The translations under genes and the position numbers were made by a program. The notes below the pieces were generated by a model. The model worked only from the letters and a program-made list of their open reading frames with translations. It did not search any database and was not told where the DNA came from. This document shows positions 25,395-39,653 of a stretch of DNA of 64,000 nucleotides, piece by piece (position 1 is the stretch's first letter; the number at the start of each line of letters is the position of its first letter). The DNA is from Takakia lepidozioides (taxonomy: Eukaryota; Plantae; Bryophyta), in NCBI GenBank assembly GCA_030704615.1, contig CM060731.1, forward strand, positions 2,418,001-2,482,000. Reading direction: 5' to 3'.

Positions 25395-28300
25395 TCAGTT
25401 AGTGGACACCACATCAGACTCAGACTCCATGTGCGAAATCTTGCTACGCACAGGTTCAAAGACAGGTGGACACCTATTGGATTTTCCATTAGACTTGAAG
25501 TTATCATGTGTCATGGAGTTTCCATTCGTCAGAGATGCCCCATGGGAGATGCCGGTGCTCGAGGCTGGTGCGTAGTTAGAGGGTCTCCTTTCTGGTAGAA
25601 GGTTTTGCACAATGGTGGGCGATGAGTTTCCATTGCCCATGCCAACACCATCAAATAGCTGCTGTCTCAAGATGTTATGCAGCTGGCCAAAGAGCTGCTT
25701 CTTGATGGAGTCAAATGCAAGCTCGAGCCGCTCAAGCTGAGAACAACATGTATCAAGTTATGCCAAGAACCACTGTATAAGTTTGTACAGATTTGCCTCT
25801 CTCTCTCAAGACACCTACAACAACAAAAGGGAGGGGAGAGGAGTTTAGGATCCGCATCGAGGATGTCATGGAAGGACAAAACGTTACCTCGTCTGTAGCA
25901 TTTGGATTGTACATGAAGAGCCCATAGTAGAGTTCAAAGCTATCACCTTCAGTGTTCTCCACCTGTCACGGGCCAGATTTTTGAGCTACATGCCATAAGC
26001 AGATACTTTGTTGGGCTCTGCTGTAAGATTGAGATTACACATTCAGTATCAAGGCACTGCATCAGGCATTTTGAGAGACCTCTCATCGATCCTGTGGGAT
26101 ATAGCTATTGCATGTCTATGTTTGTCTGCTACATATATGCATCCTCGCTTCCATTCTGACAAGGCCTCAAGACATTCAGATACTTGTTTCTTTGCCCTTC
26201 AAAATGCAGGGTGACAGAAGATGCATGCAACTTCACACAAGTACTTTCACAGGAAAGTATGGAATGGAGATGATATCAGCGTGATCATCTTCCTTTAATG
26301 TATACACAAGATTTTGACCTATGTTTTCCAATATATACATGACTTGAGCCCTGGACTGCAAGAACCCCAGAGTAGACATGGAGAGGAAAAGCATCTTACA
26401 TGGCTATGGCTGGAATGTCACAGCATGCTAATTTCAATGGATAACACTCTCCCCCATCCCCTCTCCCACCGGTCTATGGTCACAAGGCTACAGCAAGCAA
26501 ACTCTGCCGAGTACATCCTCTGATTGCATGAAAATTGAGAGTTAGACCGTACCAGCCGCAGCAGTGTCTCATAACCCTTGGTGTTAATTGGAGTAGATTC
26601 AAGCTTCAACTTGCCCAGCACCCTTCCCAAGTGCACCAAGACAATGAATGCAAATCTAAGTTACTTGCTTTAAACTGTCAAACACATCCACCCATCCTTT
26701 GTGGCAAAAGATTTTTCAGAAAGCTTCTATGACAAAGTTTTTTTTGGGTGAACTGGACACTGGATAGACTGTGAAAAACCTTTACAACTCAGACATGGAA
26801 TTGATCAAAACTCAGCTTTTCCTGCTCTCTCTCTCTCTCTCTACCCACCAGAGAGAGACAGAACTTGTTTCCAGTCTGTGACATGGGGGAGGACATCATG
26901 GATGACCTCAAGGGTCTACCCATTCTCGGCACTAGACTGAAATTTAAACTCAGGGCGGGAAGCCTACCTTTGAACAGCAAACAGAAGCAGAGAGGAAATG
27001 CAGTTGCCCGTTGTCTGGGTAACCTGACGACAATATTCATTTTCTGATTCATTGTCCGGGGTTCTCTCACCAGAGAGATGCTCTCTTCCAATCTATCAAG
27101 GGAATTGTGCCTGTACCTCTGTTTAGGTGTAGGCCTCAAAATGGATGGACGTAGTACTATTCTGGACAATGAAGCTTCAGCTTCTTGAGTCAACAATGGT
27201 TCTGAATCGATAGTTCATTCTTGGACTCCCTCTCGGAGTGAAAGAGTTGGTTAGTTAGCTGCAATAAGTCTTTTTCCTCAAACTAAAGAAAAAATGGAAG
27301 TCACCTCAGTTCCGGGCATGAACTTCCCCTCAAGGAAAACAACGATCGGCAGCCCAAAGTCTCGAGGCTGAGCCAAAAACCCAGGTCCTTTTGGGGCCTA
27401 GTTATTGGGCAAGCCACACACAGCAAGTTGATGCTTGTGTAAAGGGATTTCTAGAGGATATCTGGAAACCCGGATCAATTGTTTATTCCAAGGTAAGTGT
27501 TACTACCGGCGTCAGCCCCTGACAAAGGTAGGTTCTGTCCCTTTGTGTTCCGCGCAAACTGGGTGCGGGGTCAATGGCCACAAGGCTACGGCAAACAATG
27601 TCTTATGAGTACACTCTCTCTCTCTCACCAGAGAGACACCCTATTGAAATCCATCAAGGGAATTGTTCCTATACCTCTGTTTACCAACTTGAAAATCTTG
27701 TGGCTGAGCCAAAAACATAGGCCCTTTTGGGGTCTAGTTATCGGGCAAATCACACACAGCAGATTGACGTTAGTGCGAAGAGATTTCTAGAAGATATCTG
27801 GAAAACTCGGATCAATTGCATGTTTCAAGGTAAGTCATACTACCGACGTCAGCCCCTGATAAAGGTAGTTTCTGTGCCTTTGTGTTCCGCTCAAACTGGG
27901 CACGGGATCAATGGCCACAAGGCTGCGGCAGACAATGTCTTATGAGTACATTCTCTCTCTCTCTAGGCAGGAAGAACTGAGCTGACTTGGAGGCTGAAGT
28001 GTCTAAGGACATGTTGGAACCATGAAGAATGTCCAAACAAAATGAAGTTAGGCATAAAACCTCCCTGAAAAAGTTTCCAGTTTGTGTCATGGGTGAGGAC
28101 CTTGAGGATTATCTGAATGGCCTACCTAGACTGACATTTCAGGGCGAGGACTCCACCTTTGAGCAATTCTCATCAGAGAGCGGCCCTCTTCAGGACCATC
28201 AAGAATATAGTCCCTGCACCTCTGTTCACCAACTTTCAAAATCTCGAGGCTGAACCTAAAGCCCTGGACCTATTGGGTCTAATTGGGCAGCTCACAAACA

Positions 28301-31300
28301 GCAGATTGATTGAACCCTCCACAAAGGTTGTGTCTGTTCCCTCTTGTTCCCACCGAACTGAGCATGGGGTCTATGGCCACAAGGCTACGGCAAACAACAT
28401 CTCATAAGTACACACACTCTCTCTCTAGCCTTATCTTGATGGTGGCTATATTCTTGGTAACACCACTCAAGAATTGCCTAATCCCATAATTCTGTTGGGA
28501 ATTTTTTGCCTAGAACAGAACGGGAGACGGGCTCAGGTTTCCCTAGGCCCTCACCTAAAGCAGCCGACCTATATTGTCAGAAGAGAGGCTGCCCAATGTG
28601 GCTAGGAGCCCTGGCTCTTCTCTTCTCATTTGGAAGACAAGCAGGCAAGAGCTAAAGGAGCAGTCACCCTACTGTTGAACTAAAGTTGTAAGCAAGATAC
28701 TCACCCAGGTACTTGGGTACTTTGCTATGGTAATACCTCCCTTTGGGTGATGGATCCAGGTGAGGCAGATTCACTTGCTTTAGAGGGTGGACTTCGGATT
28801 CTGGAAAGGAAAGAAAAGGAATAAAAGAAGCCTTCTTGCTGCCTCATGCTTGGTGTGGAATGGTGTTGAGAGTAAACACATCTTTGTGCTATTCTCAAAT
28901 TTTTTATGGACTGTAGGAAGATGGTAGGATCTAATCACCAGTGGCAGCCTTGCTATCTGATGATCCTTTTGGCAAGAATACACCTACGGTAATTCTCCTT
29001 GCCTACCTTCAAATAGGTAATGGCTACACGGATTCACTTTGACACTATGACCTCCAAGGGGCTGAAGTATGCCCACATGGAGCATTTTGAATCTGCAGAA
29101 CTGCTTCAAAGAACTAATCCCCTAACTGCTGAGCTATGGCTTTTCTCATAGCTGCAGTTTTGACTTCTAACTAGACTTTGATGAAGTATTCTACTATGGA
29201 TCTATGGAAGTTTTTCCTCTACTTGTATAAACTAGGAAGGATCTTATGGTCAAAGCCTTGCTTGCATGTGATGACACTTTAGGTAAGGAATTGAAAGATT
29301 TGGAAGCATACATGTTTACAACTCTGGGGTTTGCAGGACTTGTGAGGTTTCTACGTAATTAATAGTAGCTGGACCATGTCCAAATGTATGGTGTCGTTAA
29401 ACAAAAGAGGACTAGATCCTCATGTTTTCCTTATCAATCAGATGGACAGACAGCATTAAATGGAATGCTTATTCCTGGACATTAGGAATCTGGCTTTTAA
29501 AGCTTCTGTGATTGTAAGACCTCTCTCAATTCTGAAGATGCTACCACATGCCAACTTGATTTCATTAAAAGGCTTGAGTCGGTCACTCTTATATGCGCGT
29601 GATCTCTTCCCTTGCACCTTTCAATGCCTTCACAGTGTCAGTCTGCATTTCTCAAAGAAGGAAGGCTCTATCAAATGGATGTGTGAAACTAGAGATTGAC
29701 AGCCAGGCCTCTTCCTCAAGCAAACACTCGGATAGAGGCCATGAGCTAACAGCTTTTCCTTACTACTTCCTCATGCATTCATTGATACATGCTAGAACGT
29801 TGTGAGGCCGACGAAGCTTACTATTCCTGACTAACCATCAACTAATGTGGGAGCAGGTGAGGAGTCACCTTTGCCTTGATAGCTAGGAGTGGCTGCTGTC
29901 TAATGACTTTCTTCTCCCAACCTTGTAAATGAGGTTTGGCTGCTTAGCATAGAGTTTGAAAACCAGATGAGGGGTGTTCTTTCAATATGCTGGCTGATTC
30001 TTCTATGCTATGGTGTTAATATCTGCCATAGCTCTGAAATACATGTGTTCAGCAGCATTGCTTTAGCTTGGGTAGCCTCTCTCATGTGTGCCCAGGCCCT
30101 TCTGGGGCCTAGTTATTGGGCAAACCACACACAGCAGATTGATGCTTGTGTGAAGGGATTTCTAGAGGATATCTGGCTGTCCTATGGGCCTCCATGGATG
30201 TAATAACCGTCCCTGTCTCGCTGTACTTCATGGTTTGCTCAATCATGAGCGCTGATGTTCCCCTCTAGCAGGATGTTATAAAAACTCCATACATGAGACA
30301 CTTCATTCTCTAAGACCACATTGTCCTCGGCTGTGGCTCTGGGATAGTGCCCCTCAAGGAGGCAAATTTTGAGAAGAAAAGAACTCCTGCTAGCCCTATA
30401 CTCTGCCCATTGCTTGATCTGCAAAGAGGAACTGAAAAAATCAAAGTCAACATTTGCAAGGGAACTGTCAGTCACTTCTCTCTGTGTGTCTCTCTCTTTT
30501 TTGCCGGGTCTATGGCCACAAGGCTACGACAAACAAGTCTTATGAGTACATTCTCTCTTCCCTTCCCTGCCCTGTCCCACTTAGGATGAATACAAACAGA
30601 CACCTCATCCTTCCTCCGAGATTATTCCAGGAGCTCCTTCAGATGAAGGTGAACACCATTCAAGATCCTCAGGTTACTGTAACACAACACTAGAGTTGAC
30701 TTGGTAACACGGACAGCATACCTCCTGGCACGGAGAGACTATAATTTGCAATGAACATGGTTCAATATCACCACCCACAATTGTGGTTTGAGAGATTTGA
30801 CCAAGACACTTCTTATGAAAACAGCTCTCACATCTTCATATTGGCATGAGGAGAACAACCTGCCAACGGTGTGAGTGATGAACTGGCTGCCTGCTGCAAA
30901 CCTGTCATGCTCTGAGCATGACATCTCAACCATGCGGCAACCCTGCTCATGCCAACGCACAACTGTCTAATCAGATTCAGAATAATATGGAGATAACCCT
31001 TTCAACTGGTAAACTAAAAGTTGTGCTCCCAATCAGACAAGGACCTCCACACTGGGAGGCAGTTCTTAGGAAGCTCAGGCAATGTCAGAAGGCAATATCA
31101 GCAACTTGGGAATATCCTCTTTTGGACATTAAGGAGCCCGCTGTTCTCCTTGACTCCCAATCCCTCTTGTACATTGATTAGTTCATGCCAAGACTGGAGG
31201 TCGATCCTGGGAGGTGAAAGAATATAACATCGATAAACAAAATTTGTACCTCGCTTCCAAAGATGCTAAGAAACTTTTCACAGCGTTCCGAGCGGGAGCC

Positions 31301-34300
31301 CTCACCAACGCGAACCTTGTGGTATACAAAAGGAAGGCCAGCCCAGCTTGTCTTGCCACTCTCCGGACCAAACATCGGATGTGTGCACAACACATCAAAC
31401 TCCGGGGGTAAAACCTGCATCACTTCAATCCCTTTGTCAAACCCCCCCCCCCCCCCCCCGCTCTCTCTCTCTAGCGCATAGGATTTAGTTGGAGAAATTG
31501 GGGCCTCTCCCCTCTTTAGAATATGCCTACGCGGGCCATTCCCTGCAGCTCCCTGGAGTGTGATCTCTGAATGGTAACAAGCGGACCCCTACCGCTTGGG
31601 GGCAGCCCCTCCGCCCAAATTGGGCAGTTGTATGCTCTATCTAGCATACTAGGCACTTGGGCTAGGGCTGGCCCTTGTGCTTAAACTTATAGCCTGCGAA
31701 TTTTACCAATACATTACCTCTTATCACTAACAACACTTCCCAGGGTGATTCCTGGGAATTGGTTACTTATGCCAAATCTAGGGCTTCATGAGTGGTTTTT
31801 GGGGTGAATCCCAGGATGGACGATGTGTCCTTTAAAAAACTACATGCTCCAGCTTAGGCTTGGATTATATGGCTAATGGCTCCATCTCGAGACTTGATAA
31901 CAGAGGTACTTTGAAGGTTGCAATGCCCAAAAATGCTACAAATAGAGTCTCACATCAATTCAATGTCAAAGAAGTTCATACCTTGACTGGCTGGAGAGCG
32001 GTCTTAGACATTGGTGATTCAATGAGGCGCTCTAGGAAGACAACCAAGGGTAGGGACTTCAACTTGAAAGTTTCTAACCGGTTTGATGCACTGGATGAGG
32101 TTGATTCCAAGCAGTCAGACCGACAAACTGACCCTAAGAGTGCTGAGCCTGAGCATTGTGTGACTGAAGGATTTGGTACTCTGAATGGTTTACCAATCCT
32201 TAAAGTTTACACAAGACAATAAAATTCTACACACGGGGTAATTGTCCCCCCTTTGCAGAACGGTTGGCCGTCCAGGAGCAACCATAGGCTACACAGACAA
32301 CAAACAATTCATATGCAAAGGGCTGGCTTGCGGCTGGGCACTTTCAATTTCTCAGGGCTGACTAACCAAAGGAAACAATTCGAAGTGGGACAAGTTCTTC
32401 GGGCAAATGATATTCATATCTGTGCTGGGCAAGAGACATGGGAAACTTCGGACAAACTGGTTGGAGATGTCAATGGTTATAAGTGGATCGGTAAGATGTG
32501 TGCTCTTAAGGCGGCCTCTGCCAAACGTGGTCAAAAAGGGGTTGGCTTCTTTGTCCGTGATTTCTTGTGTGACAATTGTGAGATTATCAACAAAAGTTTG
32601 CGGCATGCGCACAGTATCTGGCTAAAACTGAAATTGAAGGGTGGCGTGAATACGAAGGACCTCTTTGTGGGTTGTGTTTACATGCCCACAGAGGGGACCC
32701 TTAGTGCTGACGCAGACAAAGCCTTCGTAGATGTAAAGCTGGACTGTGCTAAGTTCCTCGCCAAAGATCAGGTGGTCTCACTGGGTGACTTCGATGCCCG
32801 GGTGGGCAAAGGTCTTCATCAGGATGATACCATTGGGCCTTTTGGTGAGGACGAGCTTAATCCTAATGGCAGACAGTTAATAAACTGTCTGGAAGAACTT
32901 CAGCTTTTGACCTTGAATAATAGGTCAAAAGGAGACCAAGTGCAGTGGACTCGTGAGAAAGCCCAAACTGGGGAACGTTCCATTGTGGATTATATCATAA
33001 TGGACAAAATTTTGTTTCCCCATAGTGCCAATGTGTTTATCAACAGAACTGATATTGCTACCTCTGACCACTTCCTGGTCTGGACTGAGATCAAAAGGTG
33101 TTTTCCCAACACCAAGAGATCTGTGAAACGTTCGATTCGGAAGTGGTGCACAGAAAAATTCCAAAATGAAGAGGTCAAGGCTGAGTATGTCCAGGCCTTG
33201 CAAGAGGCTCTCCCTTATTTTGTCCACTCGCTCCAAGCCCTTCAGTCTTGCTCTGGCAATGCAAGAAATGATGTCAAAAGAGCAGTGGATTCTTGGGAGA
33301 GTTTCGTCTCCTCTGGCTGACAAGATCATTGGGAGGAAACCAATGTCTGCGGTAGAGCTGTTAATTGGTGGACCAATGAGATTAAACTCAAGATAGCTGA
33401 GGGACGAGTCCTCTATAAAGAGCTGCAATTTGAATACCAACAAAGAATTGTGGGCTAGGTACAACCAGATCCGCAAAGATATCAATCAGCTTGTAAGGTC
33501 TCAGAAGAAATTATACTGGGACAAGATATACAGTGAAATAAACTCAAACTACCATGGTGGTAATGACAAGAGATTCTGGTTGGCCCTTCAACGTTTGTAC
33601 AAGCCGAAAAACTGTCAGCAAGTACAAGCGCTGAGGACTACTAAGGGTGCAGTGGTGACTTCACGGTTGACATTGTCAAAACCTTTGAAACCCACTACAG
33701 TATCCTTGGCAGAATTTCTAGGTCTAACAGTGAGGGGTCCTCTGAAGAATGGAAGGACACAGTTGGAAAAACTGATCCTATGATTCGAGACAGCCCTGAT
33801 GAATTGGAGTAAATTTCAAAGGTTTACAGCGCTCCCATTAGTTATTCTGGGATTGTGGAAGCAATTGAGCATTTAAAAGGATGTAAAGCTGATGGACCTG
33901 ATGGCATAGTCAACGAGCTAAGCACGGTGGCGATCCCATGATAGAGACCCTTGTAGCGCCGGGAGGGGAGATGAAGCCGCCCCAGCAACCTCAGCCCGTC
34001 ATAAAATAGACAAAGCTCGAGCCTTTTTAACCTTATCTGGAGGACTGAAATGATTCCCTTTCGCTGGCGACAGGGGGTCATTGTCAATCTATACAAGAAG
34101 GGTGACAGAGAAGAACTGGGGAACTAGCGAGGCATCACGGTCCTCAATGCAGTTGGCAAGATATTTTGCAGAGTTATAAGTACTCGTCTCAAGGTTGATC
34201 TGGAATCTAGAGGTTGTTTCCACGAAGGCCAAGCTGGCTTTCGGCGAAACAGGGGCTGTGTGGATCATATCTTCACTCTAAGCCAGATTATCCAGGGAAG

Positions 34301-37300
34301 GGGAGAAGAAGGGAAACCCACTTTTGTACTTTTCTTGGATGTCAAAAAGGCTGATGACACAGTGTGGAGAGACGGTCTATGGCTCCGACTCTGGTCATGT
34401 GGGATCAGGGAAAGATGTGGGGAGTGGTCCATAACTTGTATGCTCACACCAAAAGTTGTGTCATTGTTAATGGACAGAAGTCTAACTTCTTTGACATAGA
34501 CCAAGGTGTAGCTCAAGGATGTACCCTCTCCCCTCTGCTCTTCAATGTTTTCATCAATCAACTCCTCGAGGATGTGGAAAGTGAGGGGTAAGGGTGGTGA
34601 TGCCACCATACCAGCCCTTATGTTTGCGGATGACTTTGCAGGCATAGGGGAGGCTCCTTCCAATCTCCAGGAGTTGATTGATTGCACAAAGAGATAATTT
34701 GACCTTTGGGGGCTAGAGGCTAATGTAAGTAAATGTGCAGTGGTGGCATTCAATGACCGAGGGGAGGGAGGAGGTGATCTCAAGTGGCAGTGGGGAAGCC
34801 AAGAGATTCCGGTCCTCCCTTCCTACACATACCTCGGCGTTGAGTTTTCCTCCACCTGTAATTGGTAATAAAATTTTCCACTGCATCAACTTTGAGGTAA
34901 AAAAAACCATGCTTTGTCGCGTTACTAGGAGTATGCATCTGCAATATGGGTTGATACCTCCAACCAGGCTAAGTCTCTAGAATCCATTCAAGTGGGGGTG
35001 CTTAAGGAGTGCCTGTCAGCATGCTCCAAAACAGCCAATGTGGCTGTTCGGGGTGAGTTTGGCATCTCTTCCTTAAGCTCCCGACGAGATGAATTCAAGG
35101 TCAGATGGTGGGGTCAGCTGCAAATATGTCCAACATCAGATATCCTAAGTTAATCGGTTCCATATCTTGGAAGCAGGATCGCCTGTCAAACGGGATAAGT
35201 CCTGGCGGAAGAGAGTACAAGAGATTCTCAAGGATCTGAATCTTAGCCTGCAAGTCTTGACCCTGCTGGATAAATCTGACTTAGAGGCTGAAGTGTCCAA
35301 AGCCATGTCTGTTGCCAGGAAATTGTCTGATGAAAATGAAGTTAGGCAGAAAACTTCCCTGAACTTGTTTCCAGTCTGTGTCATGGGGGAGGACATCATG
35401 GATGACCTCAAGGGTTTACCCACTCTCGGCACTAGACTGAAATTTAACCTCAGGGCGGGAAGCCTTCCTTTGAACAGCAAACAGAAGCAGAGAGGAAAGG
35501 GAGAGTGAAATTGCCGTTGTGTGGGCAACCTGAAGACAATACTCATTTTCTGATTCATTGTCCGGGGTTCTCTCACCAGAGAGACGCTCTCTCCAAATCC
35601 ATCAAGGGAATTGTGCCTGTACCTCTGTTTACCACTGTTTACCAACTTTGAAAGTCTCAGGGCTGAGCCTAAAGCCCAGGCCCTTTTGGGGCCTAGTTAT
35701 TGGGCAAACCACACACAGCAGGTTGATGCTTGTGTAAAGGGATTTCTAGAGGACATCTGCAATTGTTTATTCCAAGGTAAGTGTTACTACCGGCGTCAGC
35801 CCCTGACAAAGGTAGGTTCTATCCCTTTGTGTTCCGCTCAAACTGGGCGCGGAGTCAATGGCCACAAGGCTATGGCAATCAATGTCTTATGAGTACGTTA
35901 TCTCTCCCCGTGCACCTCCTAGGTCCTGGGTACTCTCACCAGAGAGACACCCTATTGAAATCCATCAAGGGAATTGTTCCTATACCTCTGTTTACCAACT
36001 TCGAAAATCTCAAGGCTGAGCCAAAAGCCCAGGCCCTTTTGGGGGTTAGTTATTGGGCAAATCACACACAGCAGATTGATGTTTTGTGTGAAGGAATTTC
36101 CAGAGGATATCAGGAAAACTCGGATCAATTCTTTGTTTCAAGGTAAGTCAAACTACCGGCGTCAGCCCCTGACAAAGGTAGTTTCTGTCCCTTTGTGTTC
36201 CGCTCAAACTGGGCGCAGGGTCAATGGTCACAAGGTTACGGCAAACAACGTCTTATGAGTACATGCTCTCCCTGCACCTCTGTTCACCAACTTTTGAAAT
36301 CTCAAGGCTGAGCCTGAAGTCCTGGCCCTGTTGAGGTCTAAATGCTGGGCAGATCACACACAGCGGATTTAGGCTTGTGTGAAGGGTTTTCTAGAGGAAA
36401 TCTGGAAAGTTCGCATTTATATCAATTTAAGTACTGGAGTGAGACACCTCACAATGGTAGTTTCTGTTCCCCCTTGTTCCGCCCAAACTGGGCACAGGGT
36501 CTATGGCCACAAGGCTAAGCAAACAACATCTTATGAGTACATCCTCTCTCCCCTACTCTCTCGTCACGTATGGACATAGACAGGGCTGTCTGAAACCAGG
36601 AGGACCTCCATGCCGCAGGCTCAATGCTGCACGAACATGTCATAACTTGTACATAGATAGCTCTCTTTCTTTGTATCTCAACCCTTCCCAAACCACAGTC
36701 AGGTCTATCCGCTCAATGATTTGAAAGCTTTTCCTTGCCTACCTGAAGAAAGAGGTTCTTTGGAAACTCCTTCACAGAGAGGACATCCACAAAGAGGGTT
36801 TTGCGTTTGAGTCGTTGCACAGGTAGCGAGCGCAGCACAGGCTCGGTCGATAGGATGGATGTGCACAGCAGCACCACCTCTGGATGCTCCTCACAAAAGT
36901 CATCTGCATCCCTGCTAGACCATTCCTCACATAAACAATCAGTGCCGAAGTGAGCTGGGGGGAGGGGGTGTTAGGCAGAGAGAGGTCAGGATAGAAAAGA
37001 GAGACAGAGTAACAACGATGCTGATGTTCACACCTGTGTGGCAGGAAAGTTGAAAGGCTTAAATTTTTTGTGGAGGAAGGTTCAGGGAAAAACAGAGAAG
37101 GGGAAAGGAACAAAAATTACAGCCATGCCCATGGGACATAGAGCACAAAGAGAACAACAATATAATTGAAGTACTGAAACAATGCCAAACAGAGAGAGAA
37201 AGCAAGAAAGAACTTACAAATGGAGGGGAATAAAGAGATAGCAGAAAACTTAACCATGCTTGCAGTATAGCCAAAACCCCAGCAAACATCAACAAAGTGC

Positions 37301-38932
37301 AAGGCAGGAGCAGGGAAGGGACCGCAAAAAGATAAGAAGCATTGATTGGACTTTGCCTGTTGTAGGCTTCTAGTCATCCACCCATATTTGGACAGAGCTG
37401 TAGAGGGATGGAAATAGGACAAAAAACAACCGACTATCCCCATGGTCTTGCACCAATACGATTTACCTTAGTATACAGTTGACTCTGGCTTTCTAGATTT
37501 TCTCAAGAAAACGCTTAACCATATCACTGCGTATTCACCTCACTATTCAGATCCAAGGAGGGCTGCGTTTTGTGATTTTTTTAGCTTCTCCAACCGAGAA
37601 ATGACATGTGGAGAGTCTCTTTGAGGCTTTCAAAGCGAGCCTCTCCCTCAGAAGTGCGACCATTTCAAAGAATCAGAAAATGCGCTATCCTCAATCATGC
37701 CAAAACACTGCAGACAACGTTTTTCCTTTTGTTCAGCTCGGTTAACGTACTTGCAGAGGTAGGCAACCTACTTTATCTCAACTCTAGTCTCCATTACCAG
37801 CATCTTAAGGAAGAAGAGGAGAGAAGAGTGGGGGCCATGGAAGACACTTACTAAACCCTGCAAAATTGTAGAATGAATGAAATGACCCCGTGATGGCAGT
37901 GATCCAAAATTACCATGTGAAACTGTGTAAGTGACTTTTGGAATAGGACTCATTGGACTGAGAATTTATTCTTCAATCGTCTGAATTTATTCTTCACTTT
38001 TAGTAAAAGTGAGCTGCGGGTCAAATACAGAAACAAGCATGGTAATATGGAACCCGTACTCCAATAATCAAACAAAAACATTTCCTTATGGAAACGAATC
38101 TGAGTTCCTTTTTACAGGCTACAACAGTCCCGTAGAAAGACGGAGACGGAGGAGCACCAAGTTTATTGACTTCAGTTTACCATTGGAAGGCTGAACGGTC
38201 TGTTAGCAAACCCTCAATGCTGAATGTTAGCAAAACAAAGGCTCAAACTGCACCTTCGTCTCACTCCCTTTCTCTCGCTCTCTTACACGCACACAGTAAA
38301 TCTAAGTTGTGTATACTAAAAAGTCCCAAACAGTGCGAAACAGACTCATATTCATCTTAAAATGTCGAAACCAAAAGACTAACTCGACAGTTCACTCGAT
38401 TGTCCAACCTGAAAAAGTGATGGCAAGCTCCAGTTGCACCTGAAAAATTGAAAAGCTGTTTAGTATGGAGATTCTACCTAAAATACATCACTCCCATCTT
38501 GCGCGCAACATCTGCGTAATCAGTTCGAGAGTAGGCCAGCACCCGATGGCCTTGCCGGACGATTCGTTCTGCGAGAAACTGACCAAAATTTCCAAATCCC
38601 ACAATTCCAACCTTCAACTTGCTTCCCATTTCAATCTCATGTAACCTTATTGACTCATAATCAAATGCCTGTGCCGCATCAATTGCAAAGATTTCTACAA
38701 CATTCAGAGGCGGCCTGCAGATCCTCCTGCCAACCCTAAGTTGCATTAAAGACGACCCTTTCAGTGAACAGCTTCGGGAGGCCAATTGAAACTGGATATC
38801 GACGGTGCCTACAAGAGATGTGCTCTTGGTAGGCTGGTAAGCACTGGTTGGAGAGGCTTGCCAAGGACAAGCGAGACGGAGGTTAGAGAGACATACGCCG
38901 GGTAACACCTTGGTTGCTTGCAATTCAACCAT
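25395..38932 (-). CDS. TYRAa: Arogenate dehydrogenase (TyrAa), plastid-type, 7 exons: 38932-38478, 36911-36743, 31414-31250, 30942-30860, 26622-26553, 25962-25888, 25736-25395
   Basis: Rossmann motif KVGIVGFGNFGQFLA, DADDFCEEHPEVVLLCTSILS, VDVLSVKEFPK, CTHPMFGPESGK, EHDRFAAGSQFITHTVGR, TPINTKGYETLL, DSFELYYGLFMYN. All six introns are GT-AG with compatible phases. The N-terminal extension looks like a transit peptide. Confidence 0.95.
26825..28425 (+). mobile_element. Cluster of truncated LINE 3'-region copies in TyrAa intron 4
   Basis: Segments 26845-27125, 27360-27625, 27626-27965 and 27966-28425 match LINE 35270-35905. The last three end in (T/C)AT(G/A)AGTACA followed by (CT)n. Confidence 0.9.
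31461..35905 (+). mobile_element. Near full-length non-LTR retrotransposon (APE endonuclease + RT, RTE/RTEX-like), decayed, in TyrAa intron 2
   Basis: APE motifs GTFN, GQET, LGDFDARVG, IVDYI, SDHFLV (32253-33320). RT motifs GPDGI, QAGFRRNRGCVDHIFTL, FLDVKKA, GVAQGCTLSPLLF, LMFADDF. (CT)n at the 5' end and a short CT run at the 3' end. Many frameshifts. The clade assignment is tentative. Confidence 0.93.
35906..36562 (+). mobile_element. Two further tandem LINE 3'-end copies
   Basis: 35920-36270 and 36271-36562 repeat the 3' end, each closing with TATGAGTACA plus a CT-rich tail. Confidence 0.9.
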
Positions 38933-39653
38933 TCTGAGAGGGCAACCAGGTGACGAACACTAGGGGAGGCAGCAAGCGCCAGAGAAAACTGTATGAAACG
39001 GTTGATTCAACTCAGTGCCGTGTAAACAGAAACAACACAAGAAATACAGAGTGGGTCTGTGAGCACGCGACGAGGCCAGACAGAAAGTGCAAGAGTACAC
39101 GGCACAGAGAGAGGAGGACAGAAGAGGAGAGACGAGGCGAGGCAGGCACGGCTGGGCGGGTTCGGTGATAGATGCTCGAATGGGCAGATAAATAAGGGCG
39201 CGCGGGTATGGGTCCCAGTGAATCGGATGAACGCTGGTGCTAAATGACAGAATATATATTCATCTTTATTTTTCTTTTCTTGTTGTTTTTTCAAAGAACA
39301 GGGAGGTAGCCCTGTAAATTTTATTGAGATGGTCAAGAGAAAATAACCTTACAAGAGCCATAGAGGCCGATAAATGAGACATTGCTCCGAACCAACAGAG
39401 GAAAGAAGGCCTAGTTGAAGAGGGAAGACATTAGCTGAATTGCAGGGAATTCTAAGAAGACATAAACAGAGGTGGATCACGCGAGAGGGCGGAGCTACGC
39501 TCTCCCGCGCTTCACTATGCTAAATCCTCTACCAATTGCCAACTTTAGGGTTCTGCTATCGTCCTGACTCTAGTACTTTTTTCATCATTTTTCCGCGGCA
39601 CTGCCGTTCTAGCCTCCCATTCTGAATTTAGCCATGGCCGCCGCCATAGCTCG

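Noticed and set aside
39280-39540. Possible L1-like 3' end on the minus strand
   Set aside because: Only a poly-T run and TTTATT signal support it, with no coding evidence.
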